A stretch of 64,000 bases of DNA from Macrostomum lignano (GCA_002269645.1 NIVC01001726.1:62001-126000); one strand, 5' to 3'. Shown: positions 23,731-42,400, counted from the stretch's first letter. Numbers and translations are program-made. Notes: generated by a model not told the origin, from the letters alone.

Positions 23731-26303
23731 AGGAGGACGACTCTCAATAAATTAACGAAGGCTAAAAGCAACGTTGGCATTACAAGTGCAGTTAAAGTTA
23801 GTTAATTGATATCAAATAAACGTTAACTAATGTTGTTGGCGCCAGTAGTATATTTTATCTTAAACATGGCAATAAATTTGATTTAGTAATCAATAAAAAA
23901 TTAGTACATACGGTACTAATGTAAACAAAAAAATAAGTTGTACGTAATAAAGTATAAAAAATGCAAGAAAAAATCAGCGCAAAAAACGAAGTAACGCTTG
24001 CCGAAAGTTTCATAAAAACGCTACTCGCTACTGTTACTAGCTGTATTGTGAAAATTAAAATTAATTTGTGCAAAAAAAGATAAATAACTCAAGTCAAGAA
24101 AATACAGTATAAACAATTTAAATAATCACACTTGCACGCAACTCAGCAGTAAACAGAAAAGCACCTAAAGTACACAAAAGCAACAAAAACTGAGATTTGG
24201 AGTTTGAAAACATTTAGAACGATCGAACCAACGAGCAGACACGCTAATCAAGACACATTGAAGACGGGAGGAGCCTCTGTACAAACATAGAGACAATTTT
24301 AATCAATTTTACTTGTATATTTAAACCAAAAATATCAGAGTAACTAGATGTGTCACTCGCAATTAAAGTTGTGAAAAATTAAAGTGTCTATTCTTTATTC
24401 AGTAGTTTGTCTGCGCACTGTCAGTAGAATTTAATGTGCTAGCTAAAATTTTATTTCCTTCCTCGGGGTTTGTGACCCTAGGGATTAAGGAGAATATGGG
24501 GTTAAGAATGAACAACAAGCATAAACTTGATGTACACAAGTGAACGCAAGACGGGCGAAACTCAGCCTGGGGGGGGCAGGCCCAATCAAGCTCAGCCAAT
24601 GAGAGAGCAGTAAGGAAAGAAATCAAAGTTAGACCGACGAAACCTAGCCTGGGGGGCAGGTCCAATCTAGCTCAGCCAATGAGAGAGCAGTAAGGAGAGA
24701 AATCAAAGTTAGGCCGACGAAACTTAGCCTGGGGGGCAGGTCCAATCTAGCTCAACCAATGAGAGAGAGCAGTAAGGAGAGAGGTCAAAGTAGACGGACG
24801 AAACTCAGCCTGGACGGGGCAAGCCAATCTAGATCAGCCAATGAGAGAGCAGTAAGGAGAGAAAAAAGTTAGACGGACGAAACTCAGCCTGGGGGGGGCA
24901 GGCCCAATCAAGCTCAGCCAATGAGAGAGCAGTAAGGAAAGAAATCAAAGTTAGACCGACGAAACTTAGCCTGGGGGGCAGGTCCAATCTAGCTCAGCCA
25001 ATGAGAGAGCAGTAAGGAGAGAAATCAAAGTTAGGCCGACGAAACTTAGCCTGGGGGGCAGGTCCAATCTAGCTCAACCAATGAGAGAGAGCAGTAAGGA
25101 GAGAGGTCAAAGTAGACGGACGAAACTCAGCCTGGACGGGGCAAGCCAATCTAGATCAGCCAATGAGAGAGCAGTAAGGAGAGAAAAAAGTTAGACGGAC
25201 GAAACTCAGCCTGGGGGGGGCAGGCCCAATCAAGCTCAGCCAATGAGAGAGCAGTAAGGAAAGAAATCAAAGTTAGACCGACGAAACTTAGCCTGGGGGC
25301 AGGTCCAATCTAGCTCAGCCAATGAGAGAGCAGTAAGGAGAGAAATCAAAGTTAGGCCGACGAAACTTAGCCTGGGGGGCAGGTCCAATCTAGCTCAACC
25401 AATGAGAGAGAGCAGTAAGGAGAGAGGTCAAAGTAGACGGACGAAACTCAGCCTGGACGGGGCAAGCCAATCTAGATCAGCCAATGAGAGAGCAGTAAGG
25501 AGAGAAAAAAGTTAGACGGACGAAACTCAGCCTGGGGGGGGGGCAGGCCCAATCAAGATCAGCCAATGAGAGAGCAGTAAGGAAAGAAATCAAAGTTAGA
25601 CCGACGAAACTTAGCCTGGGGGGCAGGTCCAATCTAGCTCAGCCAATGAGAGAGCAGTAAGGAGAGAAATCAAAGTTAGGCCGACGAAACTTAGCCTGGG
25701 GGGCAGGTCCAATCTAGCTCAACCAATGAGAGAGAGCAGTAAGGAGAGAGGTCAAAGTAGACGGACGAAACTCAGCCTGGACGGGGCAAGCCTATCTAGA
25801 TCAGCCAATGAGAGAGCAGTAAGGAGAGAAAAAAGTTAGACGGACGAAACTCAGCCTGGGGGGGGCAGGCCCAATCAAGCTCAGCCAATGAGAGAGCAGT
25901 AAGGAAAGAAATCAAAGTTAGACCGACGAAACTTAGCCTGGGGGCAGGTCCAATCTAGCTCAGCCAATGAGAGAGCAGTAAGGAGAGAAATCAAAGTTAG
26001 GCCGACGAAACTTAGCCTGGGGGGCAGGTCCAATCTAGCTCAACCAATGAGAGAGAGCAGTAAGGAGAGAGGTCAAAGTAGACGGACGAAACTCAGCCTG
26101 GACGGGGCAAGCCAATCTAGATCAGCCAATGAGAGAGCAGTAAGGAGAGAAAAAAGTTAGACGGACGAAACTCAGCCTGGGGGGGGGCAGGCCCAATCAA
26201 GCTCAGCCAATGAGAGAGCAGTAAGGAAAGAAATCAAAGTTAGACCGACGAAACTTAGCCTGGGGGCAGGTCCAATCTAGCTCAGCCAATGAGAGAGCAG
26301 TAA

Positions 26304-31093
<4,790 letters not shown>

Positions 31094-32841
31094 TCCTTGT
31101 GCTCTTTTACCTTGGGGTTGCGATAGGGGCCTCGCGGCCTATTCGCGGCGCCTGCGCCCCCCGTCAGTAGTAAGTAAGTAAGTAAGTAGGCCGACGAAAC
31201 TTAGCCTGGGGGGCAGGTCCAATCTAGCTCAACCAATGAGAGAGAGCAGTAAGGAGAGAGGTCAAAGTAGACGGACGAAACTCAGCCTGGACGGGGCAAG
31301 CCTATCTAGATCAGCCAATGAGAGAGCAGTAAGGAGAGAAAAAAGTTAGACGGACGAAACTCAGCCTGGGGGGGGGCAGGCCCAATCAAGCTCAGCCAAT
31401 GAGAGAGCAGTAAGGAAAGAAATCAAAGTTAGACCGACGAAACTTAGCCTGGGGGGCAGGTCCAATCTAGCTCAGCCAATGAGAGAGCAGTAAGGAGAGA
31501 AATCAAAGTTAGGCCGACGAAACTTAGCCTGGGGGGCAGGTCCAATCTAGCTCAACCAATGAGAGAGAGCAGTAAGGAGAGAGGTCAAAGTAGACGGACG
31601 AAACTCAGCCTGGACGGGGCAAGCCAATCTAGATCAGCCAATGAGAGAGCAGTAAGGAGAGAAAAAAGTTAGACGGACGAAACTCAGCCTGGGGGGGGCA
31701 GGCCCAATCAAGCTCAGCCAATGAGAGAGCAGTAAGGAAAGAAATCAAAGTTAGACCGACGAAACTTAGCCTGGGGGGCAGGTCCAATCTAGCTCAGCCA
31801 ATGAGAGAGCAGTAAGGAGAGAAATCAAAGTTAGGCCGACGAAACTTAGCCTGGGGGGCAGGTCCAATCTAGCTCAACCAATGAGAGAGAGCAGTAAGGA
31901 GAGAGGTCAAAGTAGACGGACGAAACTCAGCCTGGACGGGGCAAGCCAATCTAGATCAGCCAATGAGAGAGCAGTAAGGAGAGAAAAAAGTTAGACGGAC
32001 GAAACTCAGCCTGGGGGGGCAGGCCCAATCAAGCTCAGCCAATGAGAGAGCAGTAAGGAAAGAAATCAAAGTTAGACCGACGAAACTTAGCCTGGGGGGC
32101 AGGTCCAATCTAGCTCAGCCAATGAGAGAGCAGTAAGGAGAGAAATCAAAGTTAGGCCGACGAAACTTAGCCTGGGGGGCAGGTCCAATCTAGCTCAGCC
32201 AATGAGAGAGCAGTAAGGAGAGATCATGGTCAAAGTTAGACAACTGTTAATCGGCCTTGCTGGGGGCACACGCACTGGATTTACTCGTAAGTGCAAATTC
32301 AAGTAGAGTGCAGATGCTAACATTGCTATTTTAGTGGGTCTGCTAGTAAAATTCCAGAAGCGATTGCTACTGAAAAAATAGTAGGTGAGCGCATCTTTGC
32401 GAGTGACATACCCAGTTAATATACTAGCGAAAACTACGAAGATAGCTTTTCTTTCAACACAAAATAGCAATGGCGTTTTTATAGGACAGAGAAGAAAATG
32501 CTGAACTGTTCATACATTTTCAAGCTTTGCAAGTATTAATATATGAATTAAAAAAACTACATTTATTTGGGGCTTGTGCGCACGGAAATTGATCGGGGAG
32601 TTGTCGTGCGATTCATACCCATGAGGGCCAACCCCCAAGGCACAGAGAGTGTACATCGCGAATATTTACATTTTTAATCCACCACTGTCCTCTTTCTAGC
32701 TCCTAGTCATCTCTTTTAGTTACAGAAAAGAGACACATACCGTTGTATTAAGCAGGGATCGTTGAGTTTGGAATCTTGGAAGCACATGTAAAGTACGCGG
32801 TGTCATGAATCAAGCAGCTGAGTGGCTGTTTGTGGCTCACC

Positions 32842-33654
32842 CTAGGCCACGCCATCGCCCTCAGGCTTAGGCAGGGTGCTGTGATGCCGGTGCAGCCTCT
32901 TATTTCCTCGGCGTCGACTAACCGCCACCGGAGCAGCTGACTGCTGCTCGTCGCCGTCAACTTCGCCATCATCAGCAGAAGCGGCGTCATCATCATCAGC
33001 ACTGCCCAGCAGCCCGGCGGCCTCCCCGCCAGTGTCCTCCACGCTGCCAGTCAACATCGTGGTGGCATCGGCAGCCGTCGTTGTCGCGTTAATTTCGTCG
33101 CCATCGTCATCGTCATTGTCGGCGTTGCCGTCTGGTTGTCGCCGACGACAACGACTTGACGAAGCCATGCGCCGGTGCTTGGCCAGGCTGGCAACCCGGC
33201 GACAAGCGATCATGAGCAGCAGGGCCAGGCCGAGAGCGCCATTCAGCAGCCACACCAGCAGCAGCTGCGGCCGGTACAGAGAAGTCCTGTACACCTTGAC
33301 CTCAGCCGTGGCGTTGGCGTCCGAGTCAGCCAGCAAGCACAGGTAAATGCCCGAATCGGACTCGGCCAGATTCCAGCCAATCAGGGTGCCGTTGGATGAG
33401 GCAAAGTTCGAATTGTTGCAACTGTCGGGCAGGCGCCAGACCAGCTCGGACAGGGAGTGGCCGGCCGATTGCAGCGCCGCGGAGATGCGGCATTGAATGG
33501 TGAGGTTGGAACCGACCTGATGCGACTGCTGAAAGGGGATTGTCCTCAATGCTGGTCCCGGCTTGTCTGCATCGGCTGCCGATTGGCCAGTAGCATAGAG
33601 CAGCACTATGAGCAGTGGCTGGAGAACTAATTTGCTGATGAGACTGGCACTCAT
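32842..33654 (-). CDS. Single Ig-domain type I membrane protein 1 (MFAP3-like architecture), intronless CDS, acidic cytoplasmic tail
   Basis: Signal peptide. LTIQC...LVW...DSGIYLC Ig motif. TM LLLVWLLNGALGLALLLMIAC. Confidence 0.8.
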   Translation of the reverse strand: MSASLISKLVLQPLLIVLLYATGQSAADADKPGPALRTIPFQQSHQVGSNLTIQCRISAALQSAGHSLSELVWRLPDSCNNSNFASSNGTLIGWNLAESDSGIYLCLLADSDANATAEVKVYRTSLYRPQLLLVWLLNGALGLALLLMIACRRVASLAKHRRMASSSRCRRRQPDGNADNDDDDGDEINATTTAADATTMLTGSVEDTGGEAAGLLGSADDDDAASADDGEVDGDEQQSAAPVAVSRRRGNKRLHRHHSTLPKPEGDGVA

Positions 33655-33684
33655 TCGATAAGCATCTGCAGAATAGAGCAATAT

Positions 33685-34345
33685 GTTTAGACGATATGTA
33701 TCAAACGTAAAAATCTAGCCGATATGTATCGAAAGTAAGAATCTAGCCGATATGTATCGAAAGTAAGAATCTAGCCGATATGTATCGAAAGTAAGAATCT
33801 AGCCGATATGTATCGAAAGTAAGAATCTAGCCGATATGTATCGAAAGTAAGAATCTTGCCGAAATGTATCGAAAGTAAGAATCTAGCCGATATGTATCGA
33901 AAGTAAGAATCTAGCCGATATGTATCGAAAGTAAGAATCTTGCCGAAATGTATCGAAAGTAAGAATCTGGCCGATATGTTTCGAAAGTAAGAATCTAGCC
34001 GATATGTATCGAAAGTACCAATCCAGACCAAAGGTCGGCAAACTCCAGCCTGTGGGCCACATGCGCCTGCTCTATACTCGGCCCTCGGGTCCATTGAAAC
34101 TTCACAATAGCAATCCGGCTCGCTCAGCGTTTGTGTCTCCCTCAGCTCTCTTTTCTTTTTTTTCTCCTTTCCTCCCTAATCTCTCCCATCTCTCCCCTCC
34201 TCTCCCACTTCCTCTCTCATCTCCCCTCTCACTTCTCTCTTCTCTCTCTGGCCTGTAGTCATGCACTAGATTCTATATCCGGCCGAAGTTTGCCGAACCC
34301 TGATCTAGACGATATGTATCGAAAGTAACCATTTAGCCGATATGT
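33685..34345. repeat. 28-bp minisatellite (TAGCCGATATGTATCGAAAGTAAGAATC), ~14 copies, interrupted by a MITE
   Basis: 28-nt period. Units resume after 34310. Confidence 0.92.
34029..34302. mobile_element. hAT (Charlie/Buster-type) MITE, 274 bp
   Basis: TIRs CAAAGGTCGGCAAACT / revcomp CAGGGTTCGGCAAACT. TSD ATCCAGAC (34021-34028) / ATCTAGAC (34303-34310) with central TA. Body homologous to 48105-49733. Confidence 0.85.
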
Positions 34346-34947
34346 ATCGAAACAAACACTTAGCGGATGAAAGCGAATGACAATCTAATTAAAGTGTGGG
34401 AGATTTCTGTCTAGCACTCAAAAAATTGTATGCACGCTGACACTAATTATGAAACCGAAATAAAAAATTAGGACTATTAATATCTGGTGCTAACATACGA
34501 TAAAATTTGCGGTTTTATTCGTCTTAGCTCGTATCATCGTTGAAAGAAGCAGAAAACGCGTGTGTGGTTTCTGGTTAACAGAAAATTAAACTTGTGATCG
34601 ATTACTTATAGTACTACGAATTAAAATATTATAATCAAAATTTCAGTAAAAACAAATCTTTCTGATTGAAAAACTTTAATAAAAAAACACAGTTAAGCTG
34701 CAATAAAGTTTTAAGACAGCTTGTTAGGATTTTTTTACAAAAAATGTTCGAAGTTATAAATTTTGAGATTCAAAAATGCCAATTAAAGTGTTTAATACAA
34801 ATATCAGCTGATTTTCGAATCTCGTTAAAAGCTAAATATTTTCTTGAAACCATGGCAACATTTATGTACTTAATACAAAGACTCAATTACAACAAAAACG
34901 CATTAAACTCTACAAAATGAAAATCTGTCTACGGATTCCTCTACGGG

Positions 34948-35123
34948 CGTCTGTCTGTCCGTCTGTCCGTCTGTCTACCTGTCTGCCTGTTTAGCGCATT
35001 GGTGTCTGTTTATCTGTCTTGTGATGTCTGTCTGTCTGTCTGTTTGTCTGTGTCTGTCTGTTTGTCTGTGTCTGTCTGTCTGTCTGTATGTCTGACTACT
35101 GTCTGTTTGTCTGTGTCTGTCTG

Positions 35124-35164
<41 letters not shown>

Positions 35165-35207
35165 GACTGTCTGTATGTCTGTCTGTCTGTCTGTCTGACT
35201 GTCTGTA

Positions 35208-35240
<33 letters not shown>
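34948..35240. repeat. (CTGT)n compound microsatellite
   Basis: Visible tetranucleotide repeat just 3' of the Ig2 stop codon. Confidence 0.95.
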
Positions 35241-35319
35241 TTCTAAAGCCAAAATGCAAATCAGGTCACCAACACTGCCGCAGTCTCCAAGTCTAGATTA
35301 GATCAACAATCGCCCAGCA

Positions 35320-35811
35320 TCAGACAATAGCATTGGCTGCAGAGTGGCGAGTGAGGACCAGAGACAGAGTGCACAGCACAGCCACAGCCACAGCCAGGCC
35401 GCCATCAATCGAGTAGATCACAGCTAGCATGGCGGCATAGCTGGGCATCTCGTACACCAGCACGTAGGCCGTAGCCGACAGTCCGCAGGCGGCCAGACTG
35501 CAATTATAATTGCCCGTATCCGACAGGCTGGCATTGGCGCACACCAGGCTGCCGTTTACAGACGAGATTCGACCGTTCAAACCGACTGGCGAGCCGCCCG
35601 GCGACAGCCACTGCAGCGAGCTGGCGGTGTAGTTTGCCGCGCAACCGGCTGACGGCAGGCTGCAGCTGACGGTGAACGGCCGGCCGACCTCAGCCGAGGT
35701 TTGCGCAGCCGACGGGGTCAGCGCTGGCGGCGCGGCGGCATCTTCGGCTGTCGCCAATGAGACGACGACGGTAAAGATGACGAGTAGATTGAGGAGAGTC
35801 TGGATAAGCAT
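35320..35811 (-). CDS. Single Ig-domain type I membrane protein 2 (paralog of Ig1), short tail
   Basis: Signal peptide. FTVSC...LQW...DTGNYNC Ig motif. VLVYEMPSY followed by a TM segment. Confidence 0.82.
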   Translation of the reverse strand: MLIQTLLNLLVIFTVVVSLATAEDAAAPPALTPSAAQTSAEVGRPFTVSCSLPSAGCAANYTASSLQWLSPGGSPVGLNGRISSVNGSLVCANASLSDTGNYNCSLAACGLSATAYVLVYEMPSYAAMLAVIYSIDGGLAVAVAVLCTLSLVLTRHSAANAIV

Positions 35812-35889
35812 TTCCCGGCCTGGCTTTTGGAGTTGGGAGCGGCAGCTGAAGCTGGAATTTTGATTTTTGTGAAGGATCATTTTTAATGA

Positions 35890-36165
35890 GTGAATTATGA
35901 GATTTTAGACCTCAAAAATATGAGTGAATCATGAGATTCTAAACCTGAATAATAAGTGAATCATGAGATTTTAAATCTGAATCATGAGTGAATCACGAGA
36001 CTAAACCTGAATCATGAGATTCTAAACCTGAATAATAAGTGAATCATGAGATTTTAAACCTGAATTATGAGTGAATCATGAGATTCTTAACGTGAATCAT
36101 GAGATTCTAAGCCTAAATAATGAGTTAATCATCATGAGATTCTAAACCTGAATCATGAGTGATTA
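35890..36165. repeat. Degenerate ~27-bp repeat with TCATGA core (GTGAATCATGAGATTCTAAACCTGAAT)
   Basis: Recurrent aatcatgagattctaaacctg motif. Confidence 0.8.
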
Positions 36166-36594
36166 AGACTGATGCTAAAAAGAAACATTCGAACGTTTAA
36201 ATGACAAATAAAATGAGTTTTCTATTTAAGCAAAAATACTAACAGTTGTCTGTTTCAGATTTTTTATTTTATTGAATAACCACGAGGAAACCTGCACTTT
36301 GCACTCCTGTAGGCAATTACTCGAACTGTAGAGATATTGGATTGGCCCTGTTGGCATTATAGGAAAGATAAACAGACGGCCGACTTCATAGCTTAAAAGT
36401 ACATTTTCCTGCACATAAGCCTCGGCTTTAGCAAGAAGTATCTGGCAAACTTATTTCCTCAATTGCACATTTTCATGAATTTAAACTGTTTTATTCGAAT
36501 ACAATGAGATAATACGAGCCAATTAGGTTCCAATTAGGAAGCAGTGGACAGAGGAAATTGAAGCAGCTGGAAGGTGAGATTAGGAACTTCGAAA

Positions 36595-37545
36595 AAGCAG
36601 TCCAGGCTTGACCCAGACAGTCCAGGCTTGACCCAAACGGTCCAGGCTTGACACAAACAGTCCAGACTTCACCCAAACAGTCCAGGCTTGACCCAAACGG
36701 TCCAGAATTGATCCAAACAGTTCAGGCTTGACCCAAACCGTTCAGGCTTGACCCAAACAGTCCAGTCTTGACCCAAACGGTCCAGGCTTGACCCAGACAG
36801 TCCAGGCTTGACCCAAACGGTCCAGGCTTGACACAAACAGTCCAGGCTTCACCCAAACAGTCCAGGCTTGACCCAAACAGTCCAGGCTTGACCCAAACGG
36901 TCCAGACTTGACCCAAACGGTCCAGACTTGACCCAAACGGTCCAGACTTGACCCAAACGGTCCAGGCTTGACCCAAACGGTCCAGACTTGATCCAAACAG
37001 TTCAGGCTTGACCCAAACCGTTCAGGCTTGACCCAAACAGTCCAGTCTTGACCCAAACGGTCCAGGCTTGACCCAAACAGTCCAGACTTGACCCAAACGG
37101 TCCAAGCTTGATCCAAACAGTTCAGGCTTGACCCAAACAGTTCAGGCTTGAACCAAAAACGGTCCAGGCTTGACCCAAACGGTCCAGACTTGATCCAAAC
37201 AGTTCAAGCTTGACCCAAACCGTCCAGGCTTGATCCAAACAGTTCAGGCTTGACCCAAACCGTCGAGGCTTGACCCAAACCGTCCAGGCTTGACCCAAAC
37301 AGTCCAGGCTTGACCCAAACGGTCCAGGCTTGACCCAAACGGTCCAGACTTGACCCAAACAGTCCAGGCTTGACCCAAACGGTCCAGGCTTGACCCAAAC
37401 GGTCCAGACTTGATCCAAACAGTTCAGGCATGACCCAAACGGTCCAGGCTTGACCCAAACAGTCCAGGCTTGACCCAAACGGTCCAGGCTTGACCCAAAC
37501 GGTCCAGACTTGACCCAGACAGTCCAGGCTTGACGTCAAACAGTC
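36595..37545. repeat. 20-bp minisatellite (TCCAGGCTTGACCCAAACGG), ~47 copies
   Basis: 20-nt period. Confidence 0.95.
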
Positions 37546-38019
37546 TTAGGTTGAGTTTGATCAAGACACTTCAGAAATAGTCCAGAGACATTTTAGCACA
37601 TTTTATTCACAATGATGTCAGTAGGAATTAAATAGTACATGCAAGTACACAGAAGCATCCAAAATACAAGTAGGCACGAGTATTTACTTTCTGTATAATA
37701 TAACACCTGGTTGACAATAGGCACACACAAAATCAATATTAATACTGCAACCATTAAAGATTAAAATCAATAATTTATTTAATTAAAACAACTCAAAATA
37801 AAAGATGATATCGCACCAAGATAGGTAATTACAGCAGAGTAAAGATGTCAGACTATAGGCGTATAGCTCATTAGTGACATGCGTCAAGCGGTGACTAGAG
37901 CACGGTCGGTATGAGACAAGGTAAAATGCAATTCGAAAAAACGATACAACTACGGTCTTTATGCCGCCGCTGCACTTAATTAAAACCACCGCTACACTCT
38001 AAATGTGTAGCGGAGACTT

Positions 38020-38078
38020 TGGGGCCGGGGTTGACGCGTGTCAGACTCTTTGAGTCAATGTGGCCCCGGGTTCGATTC
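38020..38078 (+). other. Degenerate tRNA-like/SINE head
   Basis: B-box GGGTTCGATTC near 38068 with a plausible upstream A-box region. No complete cloverleaf or SINE body. Confidence 0.3.
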
Positions 38079-38533
38079 ATATACAGGCCAAGAAAGCGTC
38101 CCAGAGCCGTTGCAGGTAACACAGGTTGCGCCCAAAGCGCATCTGTGCGTCACTTCATGAAGTAGAATCGCACTGCGCATTTATAACAACCTTATTATTT
38201 AGTCTACTTGACTTAGCAGAAAGTGAAGAGCCAACACATCGACGCTTGGACGACTTTCTAGCAACTCTTACGATTCTACATGTACAGCTGTTCACCCCGT
38301 GTGAGCTCATGCCCAAAGCCTACAAACTAATAACCACTGACTAAATGGGAATAACGAGAATTAGCGAGCGGGGGGGATAGAGGGACAATGAACAGAAACC
38401 AAAATAGCCAGAGTGATAAAACGCAGTTTTAAGCCGCAAAACCGGATGCCAAGAGTACTTAATAGCCGATATGTATAGAATATATATATAAATCATTTAC
38501 ACAAGCAATCATATTTACACAGGATAGGAAATC

Positions 38534-39321
38534 TCAGCCAACCAGAAGCAGCGGCTGAAAGCAGAAAGACGTCACCCGGGCGAGAAGCCGCGACCAGCTC
38601 CAGTCGTCGTCGTCGTCGTCATCGTCGTCGTCGACATCGACAGGAGGCGGCGCGGCGCCGGAGGAAGCCGACGAAGAAGCGGCAGCGGCAGCGGCGGCCA
38701 TCTTGGCGGCCTTGCTGGCGGCCTTGCCGGGTCGCAGAGTCCAGACGCAGTTGCTGCAGTCCAGCGAGCGCAGGCGCACCCTGGCCGGATCCGACAGGGT
38801 GTCCTCGATGACGCCGGAGAAGCGGACCCGGTGGCCAGCGGTCAGCAGCCGGGCCTGGTCGCTCAAGCTGGACGGCGCCAGCAGCACCACCTGCGCCTTC
38901 TGGGTGCTCAGACTGGCGTTCGGGTAGCGCAGCTTGGGGCTCACGGTGATGTGATAGGTGTGATCGTTGTAGTCCTCCAGGTGGCAGGCCTTCTGCTCGG
39001 CCAGGGCTTCGCACAGGATCGGGCCGAACCTCGCCACCGTGGCGTTGTCGCACACGTACGGCCGGCCGTAGGTGCAGGCGAACAGGCGGTGCAGAAATGC
39101 CGGGAGGAATTTTACAAAGTCTTTCATTTTGTTGTCCGTGCGGCCGATGGCCACGCCCCGGACTGTGCCCTGCCAGTAGACTCGGACGCCTTCGAGGTGG
39201 GCGCAGACCGCCTGTGCTTCCACTCGGTTGTTGTGACAGGACCAGCCGCGCTGGCAGCACACCTGGCAGCGGAGGGCGATGCGGATTAGACTGAGGCTGG
39301 CGATGGGACAAACAGACAGGC

Positions 39322-39356
<35 letters not shown>

Positions 39357-39431
39357 GAGACAGACAGACAGACAGAAAGACAGACAGACACACACACACA
39401 CACACGGAGACAGACAGACAGACAGACACTA

Positions 39432-39496
<65 letters not shown>

Positions 39497-42400
39497 GCAT
39501 GCTTACCTGACTGAACTGCTCATAAGTGAGCGAAGGCAGAATACTTCGCGTCGACTCCGAGGTGGCCACCGGCTCAACCCTGAGCCAGTAGAACACAAAG
39601 GGGATCAGGCAGCAGGCGGTGAAGAAGGCGGCCAAGCCGGCTCTGTACAGAGTGGGATAATCCTGCTTCAGATTAGTCCTGCCAATTGTGAGCCCATTCT
39701 GCACGCCGTAGATCATGATAACACTCAATAACAGCAGCAACAGCAGGCCGCCAGCCTGCCACAGGTAGACAAACAGCACTGCTGGAGTGTGCGCCAGCAC
39801 AACGGCGAGGATGTACAGGAGCAGCAGCGGCAGCGCCATGGGGGCAACGAATGCCAGGCCGACACCGCTGGCCAGCCGGAGAATCCCACCAAAAGTGACT
39901 TCGGAAGCGAATAGGAGGCCGAAATGCCACCAGGCGGCGGCCAGCAGGCAGGGGATGGCGCAGCGGCAGGGCAGGAGGCTGGCTAAGCAGGCCAGGGAGC
40001 CCAGCTTAGCAGCGGCTGGCAGGCTCAGTGACAGGCGAAGTTGCGGAGCCAAACTGAAAACTGCCGGCAGAGGCACTTCCGCAGCCGAGGCCACCGTCCA
40101 GCATAGCCAGCTTGGCAACCGGTTGCTAGGCAGGCCTGGGCCTAGCAACGCTGGCAAACCGGAGTACAAACTGGTGAGTAGAAAGCAAAGCTTTATCCAC
40201 CTGGAGGAGAGGCAAATATAGAGCTGTGGTTGATTGACGTCGGGAAAGCACCAGACTAAGATTTCTGGTCCACTTTAAGCAGCCTCAGATCTATTTGAGA
40301 AAGCCAAGTTCTAGCTGAGTAGCCCCAGTCCCATCTGAGTAGCCTCAGTCCCATCTGAGTAGCCCAAGTCCCATCTGAGTAGCCTCAGTCCCATCTGAGT
40401 AGCCCCAGTTATATCTGAGTAGCCTCAGTCCCATCTGAGTAGCCCCAGTCCCATCTGAGTAGCCCCAGTCCCATCTGAGTTGCCTCAGTCCCATCTGAGT
40501 AGCCCCAGTCCCATCTGAGTAGCCCCAGTCCCATTTGAGTAGCCTCAGTCCCATTTGAGTAGCCTCAGTCCCATTTGAGTAGCCGGAGTCCCATTTGAGT
40601 AGCCGGAGTCCCATTTGAGTAGCCTCAGTCTCATCTGAGTAGCCTCAGTCCCATCTGAGTAGCCTCAGTTCCATCTGAGTAGCCTCAGTCTCATTTGAGT
40701 AGCCTCAGTCCCATCTGAGTAGCCCCAGTCCCATCTGAGTAGCCCCAGTCCCATTTGAGTAGCCTCAGTCCCATTTGAGTAGCCGGAGTCCCATTTGAGT
40801 AGCCTCAGTCTCATCTGAGTAGCCTCAGTCTCATTTGAGTAGCCCGAGTCCCATCTGAGTAGCCCCAGTCCCATCTGAGTAGCCCCAGTCCCATTTGAGT
40901 AGCCTCAGTCCCATTTGAGTAGCCGGAGTCCCATTTGAGTATCCTCAGTCTCATCTGAGTAGCCTCAGTCCCATCTGAGTAGCCTCAGTTCCATCTGAGT
41001 AGCCTCAGTCTCATTTGAGTAGCCCGAGTCCCATCTGAGTAGCCCCAGTCCCATCTGAGTAGCCCCAGTCCCATTTGAGTAGCCTCAGTCCCATTTGAGT
41101 AGCCGGAGTCCCATCTGAGTAGCCTCAGTCCCATCTGAGTAGCCCCAGTCCCATTTGAGTAGCCGGAGTCCCATTTGAGTAGCCTCAGTCCTATCTGAGT
41201 AGCCCCAGTCCCATCTGAGTAGCCACAGTCCCATTTGAGTAGCCTCAGTCCCATTTGAGTAGCCGGAGTCCCATCTGAGTAGCCTCAGTCCCATCTGAGT
41301 AGCCCCAGTCCCATCTGAGTAGCCCCAGTCCCATCTGAGTAGCCCCAGTCCCATCTGAGTAGCCCCAGTCCCATCTGAGTAGCCCCAGTCCTATCTGAGT
41401 AGCCCCAGTCCCATCTGAGTAGCCCCAGTCCCATTTGAGTAGCCGGAGTCCCATCTGAGTAGCCTCAGTCCCATCTGAGTAGCCTCAGTCCCATCTGAGT
41501 AGCCCCAGTCCCATCTGAGTAGCCCCAGTCCCATCTGAGTAGCCCCAGTTCCATCTGAGTAGCCCCAGTCCATCTATACGAAACCATGCATAGGAAAGAT
41601 AGGAAAGATCCAGAGAGCAATCCAGTGGACTATGAACAGAATTGAATTATTAATTCGCTGCAAAAATTTATGGTGATACCTAAGCAGCAAAAATTAGGAG
41701 CCACGGCAGCCAGTATTTAAATTAACTATTTAACTACCACTGGGCACTAGTTTATGAAATTCACTCTGAAATTTAAAACGCATAGTTGAACCAGGATAGC
41801 CAATGCAAAGTAACTATCGGGAAAAGCATGAAGATTATTAGCGGGATTCGGAAATAGACATGAGAAGGTCACTGAGTAGCCAATTGATTAGGACTGTAAG
41901 ACTGCCGTTGGAGCAGTTGCCTTATAGGCATCCAAGTGGGCGAAAGCAAGTACGAGTAGCTCAGAAAAAGGCAAGACAAACTAAGTGATAGGCCTAGCTA
42001 TCAACTGGGGATCTGGGAAGGCTGGCCCAGCAACTGGGGATCTGGGAAGGCTGGCCCAGCAACTGGGGATCTGGGAAGGCTGGCCCAGCAACTGGGGATC
42101 TGGGAAGGCTGGCCCAGCAACTGAGGATCTGGGAGGCTGTGGCCCAGCAACTGGGGATCTGGGAGGCTGGCACAGGAACTGGGGATCTGGGAAGGCTGGC
42201 CCAGCAACTGAGGATCTGGGAGGCTGGCACAGGAACTGAGGATCTGGGAGGCTGGCACAGGAACTGAGGATCTGGGAGGCTGGCACAGCAACTGAGGATC
42301 TAGAACCGGATACCCAGCAGTCGTGAACCATTTGGCTTCCATATTCCACGCAAACCTGAATCGATTGCCCCCGCCTCCGTAGACAAGCAGCAGCAGTGCC

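Noticed and set aside
37989-38013. 9-bp perfect hairpin as a Helitron 3' end
   Set aside because: No CTRR terminus at the expected distance on either strand.
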